Assembly (NCBI GenBank): GCA_946965045.2
Contig: OX337235.1
Location: 3,596,001-3,660,000, forward strand
Source: Epithemia pelagica
Taxonomy: Eukaryota > Protista > Bacillariophyta
Direction: 5' to 3'
DNA: 64,000 nt
The notes beneath the pieces were generated by a model. That model worked only from the letters and a program-made list of their open reading frames with translations, was not told where the DNA came from and searched no databases. Every line of letters begins with the position of its first letter. Position 1 is the first letter of the stretch. Both the position numbers and the translations under genes were made by a program. Of the stretch, positions 58,808 through 64,000 are shown piece after piece.

Positions 58808-59818
58808 GGCGACTATTCACTTTGGTACAAACATTCTTTTATGGCGGTGTTTTGTCTGTTTGCTATTTTGCGAGATCGAGAGAGAGAGAGGTGACAGATA
58901 GATGATGACTGATGCACTGTGATTGAATCCGACTGTTGGCTGTCCCAAATCCCAAACGACATGCAGCGATATAGTTTTGGGGGACGTTTTCAACGTTCTC
59001 CGGTCCCCCCTTTGTGTTTTTGTCGCGTGCGTAAAGCGGAAACCCGAAAATTGGTTGGGTGAGTCAATTGAAGGTGCCGACGGGCGCGCGCAAAAGACCC
59101 TTTGGGAGTTTTCTCAGGAGCCATTGCACGCCTTGTGTATATGTGATTTGGGTGATGATTGTTTCTATTGTTTTTGGTGATGGTTGGATTCAACGTTGCA
59201 AAACAAGAAACCAAGTTTCTGTGAATGTGAGAGTGTGAAGGGCCCATTCGATCGACGAGATTTAGCTGCTCATGCTCACCCAAACGCGATTCGGAAGCAG
59301 AAACAGTGCTCACAGTGAGCCAATGGAAGAACACATCAAGTGCGATTTGCTCACTGTGAGTTGCGGCTCTTCTCCTTGTTTCTTTTTTGTCTGGAATGCC
59401 GGTTTCGTCTGGTTCGTGTTGGCGACAGACAGTGGCGGGGACTCATTCTTGGATGATGTGCCGTATTTAGAGTGGGACCTGCACTATACTTTGTCACTTT
59501 CGCTCCCCAGGACAACAACACGGACTCGACCGGTCACTCGATTCGACTTGCTGCTGCTGCTGCTCATGGGCCATCCTCTACCACCATGGCACAATGACGA
59601 CTCGTGTACAACAACAAGAACGACGACCCAACGAGACAAGAAGCATGGAACAACAACCACAGGACGACGACGACGACGACTACTACTACTACTTCTAGGA
59701 CCATGCTATTCGTCATGGAGTTTCGGTGATTCCCGGCGTCTTTTGCCAGGAACAACGTCGTGTGGTGTAGGACCACGCCCAAGAATCTGACGACCAGACG
59801 AAAGATTGTTTTCTCGGC

Positions 59819-60365
59819 CATTGACTCGTTGCAAGTGGCCTTGGCTCACTTGTTTTTCAACATTACCGGTATCTGCATCTTTTACCCCGTCCCGTTTATG
59901 CGGCAGTTCCCCTTGTTTGCCGCTCGCCGTTTGGGTCGTGCCACTCGTTTGTGGCGTGGATTCCCCTTGGTGTACATTTTCATCATGTTTGTCATTGTGC
60001 CCCTCTTCTTTTTGGGACTTTCGGCGCTCTTTGAAGAAGATACCAAGGGCTTCAAGGTCTTGGGAAGTTTCTTGGTGATTGTCCTGGTCTTGATCTTGGC
60101 ATACTTGACCTACTGGTGCTTGGACATGGACGGTCGTGAAAAGTGCACCAGCTGCATAATGGCCCGCGAACGCAAGCGTGTGGCCATGAAGGAATTGCCA
60201 GATGATATGGATTACCTCAAGGCTCGTGTCGCGGCCTTGACCGAACACACTGGATTGGTCGTGGAAGACGAGGATGATGACGAAGACGAAGATGTTGCCG
60301 TCGAAGCCGAAGAAGATGAACCCATGATGGAAAACAAAGAAGACGACGATGAAGTCAATGCTTAG
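59819..60365 (+). pseudogene. SLC34: SLC34 3'-terminal fragment (copy 5), closest to copy 4
   Basis: IDSLQVALAHLFF...DEVNA fused to an unrelated repeated block; 3' flank homologous to 37530-38210. Confidence 0.88.
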
Positions 60366-61082
60366 ATATCTACGACCGGAAGGAGTGTAACGCATGGTTG
60401 ATCACGTTCCCACACAAGCAAGCTCGCGAGTTTGTCAAGAACGGTTCGATCCCATGCGCCCCTGTGTATGTAACTCTCATGAATTAACGAATCTAGTAGA
60501 AAGACTTTTCTACCCACAACGTCGTACTTGTACCATTCTTACCGTTCCACACTTCCGTTGGGGGTATGGAGAATCTAGAAATTCAAGATATGGGCTATAC
60601 ACGAGTCTGACACTTGTTCCTTCTCTCTACAGTCGCACGCAAGCTCTGGACACGAAATTTTGTAGTGGTCTCTTTTGGTTCTTTGTTTTGTGTGTGTTGT
60701 CTCGACTCGGTCGGGATTTTTCAATGGTGGTTCTACCACCACGTTTGCCATCATGGCATTCGATTGCCATCATCCAATATGGTTTTGTAGGATATATGGT
60801 TCGAGCATAGAGAATTGTATCAATGTCTTTGGTAGCAGGAGAATGGGACAGGCCCCGCTCATTCATTCGCAATCCTCAATGATCCTAAGGACAGCGCCCT
60901 ATCTTGCAACAGTATCATTCTACTTTAGAGTAGCCATTCACTATGAAACGTCAAAACAAGTCAGCCGTTCGAGAACCAAACGTCTAATAGCTTTCACCCT
61001 TCCCTTTATCACCATGGCATCTATATGCCCCAGCTCGTTTACAAGCTAATGTCGAGATCCAGCAGGGCCGTCCATTAGCATT

Positions 61083-62228
61083 TCACATATGACCCGTTCC
61101 ATTGGCATCTCGGATATCCGTTCCATTGGCATCTTGGGCACCTGATCCTTTCTGAGAATGAAAGTAACCTGATCCTTCCAGAGAATGATACCGTTCGTTC
61201 CATTGCTGCTCACAGAGTCGACGAAAACACCACGAATTCTTGTCCATTAGTGGTAATGTCCCACAGGAAGGATCGTCACGTCCACCAATCACGGTAATTC
61301 GATTGGCAAGAGTCACCATACTGCAGCCTCTGCGAGGGGATTCGAATGGTGGGAGATTCCACACGCGGTTTCGGTCCGTATCCAAGACTTGCACGGTTCG
61401 ATTGCCACCTCCCGACACCACCAGACAGGATCCCACGGCAACCACTGCACAAGACCTTCGTGCATTGGAAAGTACCAAATCAGGGTGAGTGGTCCAAGCG
61501 GACGAGAAGGAAATGTCGGTAGAAGCAGTCTCACGCTTTTGAAATTCCAAATACTCAACCGAGTCATGTCCGTCGTAACAGTTTTCGCCTCCCACGACAA
61601 AGATTCGGTGGCCAACGACCGCACTGGCACAAAATAATCGAGGAACGTCCGTGTGTGGTCCCTCAATGACTGTATGAGTACTGGTATCCATTATGCAGCT
61701 GTAGTATCCATAAATTACAACAATATATCGATTGTGAACCGCAACAGCACAACATCCAATTGCTTTCCATGATAAGCGACATGGCAACGTCGTCCAATGG
61801 CTCTCATGTGCGCGGTTTGTTGCTAAAGAAGATTGTAGCAAATCATTGACGTCAATTCGTTCCACACTATCCAAAGATTCTCCATTGTCTCCTCCCATTA
61901 CATAAACGCCTCCATTGCACACAACAGCGGCATGTCCGTCACGGCTCTTGTTCATGGGCGGTCCTTGTCGCCACTGCTTGTCTGCTTGTGCTAAATTCAA
62001 TACAAGAACGGAATTGGTAGTAGTACAATCGTTGTCGTATCCTCCCATTGCCACGACCGTCTGTCGCTTGGTGTTGTTGTTGTTGTTATCATCCGGATGA
62101 TCAAGTACGACCGTAGCATGACGCTCTCGCCATCCACCCTCAAGAAGAGGCCATTCGGTTTCATTCCATCCTGGTTCTTGGTCGAAAAGGATAATGCCCG
62201 ACTGCCAAGCTTGCTCTTTCAGTGTCAT
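61083..62228 (-). CDS. Kelch-repeat protein K6 (syntenic paralog of K1)
   Basis: 381-aa ORF, shortened third blade region, short C-terminal tandem duplications. Confidence 0.85.
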   Translation of the reverse strand: MTLKEQAWQSGIILFDQEPGWNETEWPLLEGGWRERHATVVLDHPDDNNNNNTKRQTVVAMGGYDNDCTTTNSVLVLNLAQADKQWRQGPPMNKSRDGHAAVVCNGGVYVMGGDNGESLDSVERIDVNDLLQSSLATNRAHESHWTTLPCRLSWKAIGCCAVAVHNRYIVVIYGYYSCIMDTSTHTVIEGPHTDVPRLFCASAVVGHRIFVVGGENCYDGHDSVEYLEFQKRETASTDISFSSAWTTHPDLVLSNARRSCAVVAVGSCLVVSGGGNRTVQVLDTDRNRVWNLPPFESPRRGCSMVTLANRITVIGGRDDPSCGTLPLMDKNSWCFRRLCEQQWNERYHSLEGSGYFHSQKGSGAQDANGTDIRDANGTGHM

Positions 62229-62417
62229 GGTTATGGCGCATTCACTCTCTTCAATCTTTAATAAATAGCTGGGAGAAAAAAGGAGCGCGTGGAAGCTTGA
62301 GAGCCAAAAAAACTATCTGTCATGTGTACGGATCGCACATAGACTTCGTGACACAAATGACAACCAGCGATACAGCAATTATGGATGCAAGGTCTTCACA
62401 TCTATAACCATACAGAG

Positions 62418-62452
62418 GTCCATGGTCCATGGTCCATGGTCCATGGTCCATG
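62418..62452. repeat. (GTCCATG)5 minisatellite
   Basis: Read directly; about 1.5 units at the paralogous site near 48273. Confidence 0.9.
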
Positions 62453-62985
62453 GCGGATGGATGGAGCGCTCATTCGGATTTTCCCGTGAAGGACCGCACA
62501 ATCCGGACTTGGTCGCGTTTCAGTCATTGACCATTGCGTTAGGAATGACACGTAGCAAGGGTAAAATATTATTGTCAAGATTGTCAAGGAATCGCGTACT
62601 CATTACGGAACAAAACACCTCTATCGAAGCCAGGAAAGTCCTAGAATTGTCAACTAGCGTGCCTCCCAGTCCTTAATGGATGGGAGGTGTTTTCGTTTTC
62701 TGCAGACTATCATGAAGGACTCTCGCATCATTGGTCAGATCGCTAGGAGTACGTGAAAATACAGACTGGCAAGTGTTTGATTTCGTATCACACAATAGAA
62801 GATACATCGAACACTTCGCCAGGAGCTTCCGTTATGACAATCAGTACATCTCAAAGGATCGACAGCACCACTAACCAGCATATCTGTACTTTAATTGTAT
62901 ATCATTTTTCTACGAAACGATCATTTCACACGGTCGGTCGATGGGTGTCTAGTGAAGTCGTTTTGAAACAGACTCGCTGCTCGAA

Positions 62986-63477
62986 TCACAATTCCTTCTC
63001 CTCGGCTTGGGCCGCAAAATAGGCTCCGACACAGCCGAGTACTTCACTGGCATCGTTGGAAATGGCCACATGCCGAATGATTTTGCCCTCTTGATTGTAC
63101 GTATCATGAACCAAGGCCGAGTACAAACCACCACATCCCAACTTGGTTTCAAAGTATCCATGAAACTGTGCCATGGATTCTGTATCGTCATTGCTCACAT
63201 AATCAAACTTCGGTACAAATTTGCCCACGGACGTGACAAAGGGACCAAAGGCTTCATCATAGGCACCCTAGAGGCAGGGAGTATCGGGAGCAAAGCACAA
63301 GGTAAAGGTAGCATCGTCGGCAAAGCGATCGCGAAGGGCTTGTGGATCGGTCGCGACATTGGCAAACGCTTGCGCCGTGGCATCTTCGTGAGGACGGCGA
63401 CTCCATGCCGGTGTGGACGAAAAAACAAGGAAAGAGAAAAGGGCAAACAAGACAGAAGTTGTTGGAGTCATCATCAT
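62986..63477 (-). pseudogene. Small secreted protein, possibly NTF2/SnoaL-like, with in-frame TAG at 63268-63270
   Basis: Signal-peptide-like N-terminus; ORFs 63268-63477 and 62986-63228 share a frame; ALRDRFADDATF and DTYNQEGKIIRH resemble NTF2/SnoaL motifs. Confidence 0.55.
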
Positions 63478-64000
63478 GGTGGTCTGGTATTCGCGTCAAT
63501 GTCGTTGGATTGGGTGTTGTTTCTACGGTGTGCTTGGATCTTTTTTTGATCCTTTTGATTTTTATGGATCGGTGATTGGGGCAACGCCATGGCTCAGCAA
63601 GCGCGAGTACGGTGTATCCCAAAAAGTGGCCTGCGCAATTTTCCGATTTCGTGCTCACGCCGTTTGCAGAGGGATGCAGGATTACTCAGTCGCTTTTGTT
63701 CGCATAGTTGGTGAATATTTGACTGTACAATAAGAAGTAAGAGTAAAAAGTAGTAAGTACGACCACGGGAGTGCGCTTTGTATTCGCCGACGTGCGCGCA
63801 CAATCTTTCTCGTGGGTATAGCAGCCTATTACCCTAGCACAGAAATGACAACGGAAACTTTTTTTCCTCTTTCCTATGGATGGTACAATGGATAGCCATG
63901 GTGCAAACTGATGAGCGAGATCCCTACCGTCACATTCATTGTTTTAAACCTGAAGTAATATGCCGTTCCCTGATACGCTTGGTATGTGTGTTCGAGTGCA

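Overview
Eukaryotic genomic DNA, most likely a pennate diatom (inferred from CoDi-type copia, diatom-like SLC34 transporters and short GT-AG introns). It is repeat-rich and rearranging. Host genes: four SLC34 Na+/Pi cotransporters plus a 3' fragment, six Kelch-repeat paralogs, a Crinkler-like P-loop NTPase/REase gene and a spliced hypothetical gene. The last two lie in a 5391-bp tandem duplication. Three large mobile elements have definable ends. (1) A 5852-bp DNA transposon (4425-10276) encodes a RAG1/Transib/Chapaev-like DDE transposase, has a 3-bp TSD and bipartite terminal repeats whose inner block is offset by 11 bp between ends; its exact empty site is present in the second tandem copy. 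(2) A tyrosine-recombinase retrotransposon (25431-33562) combines Ngaro/PAT-like split direct repeats with an inverted junction copy; gag and pol are in frame across one TGA-C. (3) A Ty1/copia element (50702-56997) has a primer-binding site matching the D-arm of initiator tRNA-Met. No rRNA, tRNA gene or CRISPR array was seen. All alignments and family calls were made by eye without database searches.
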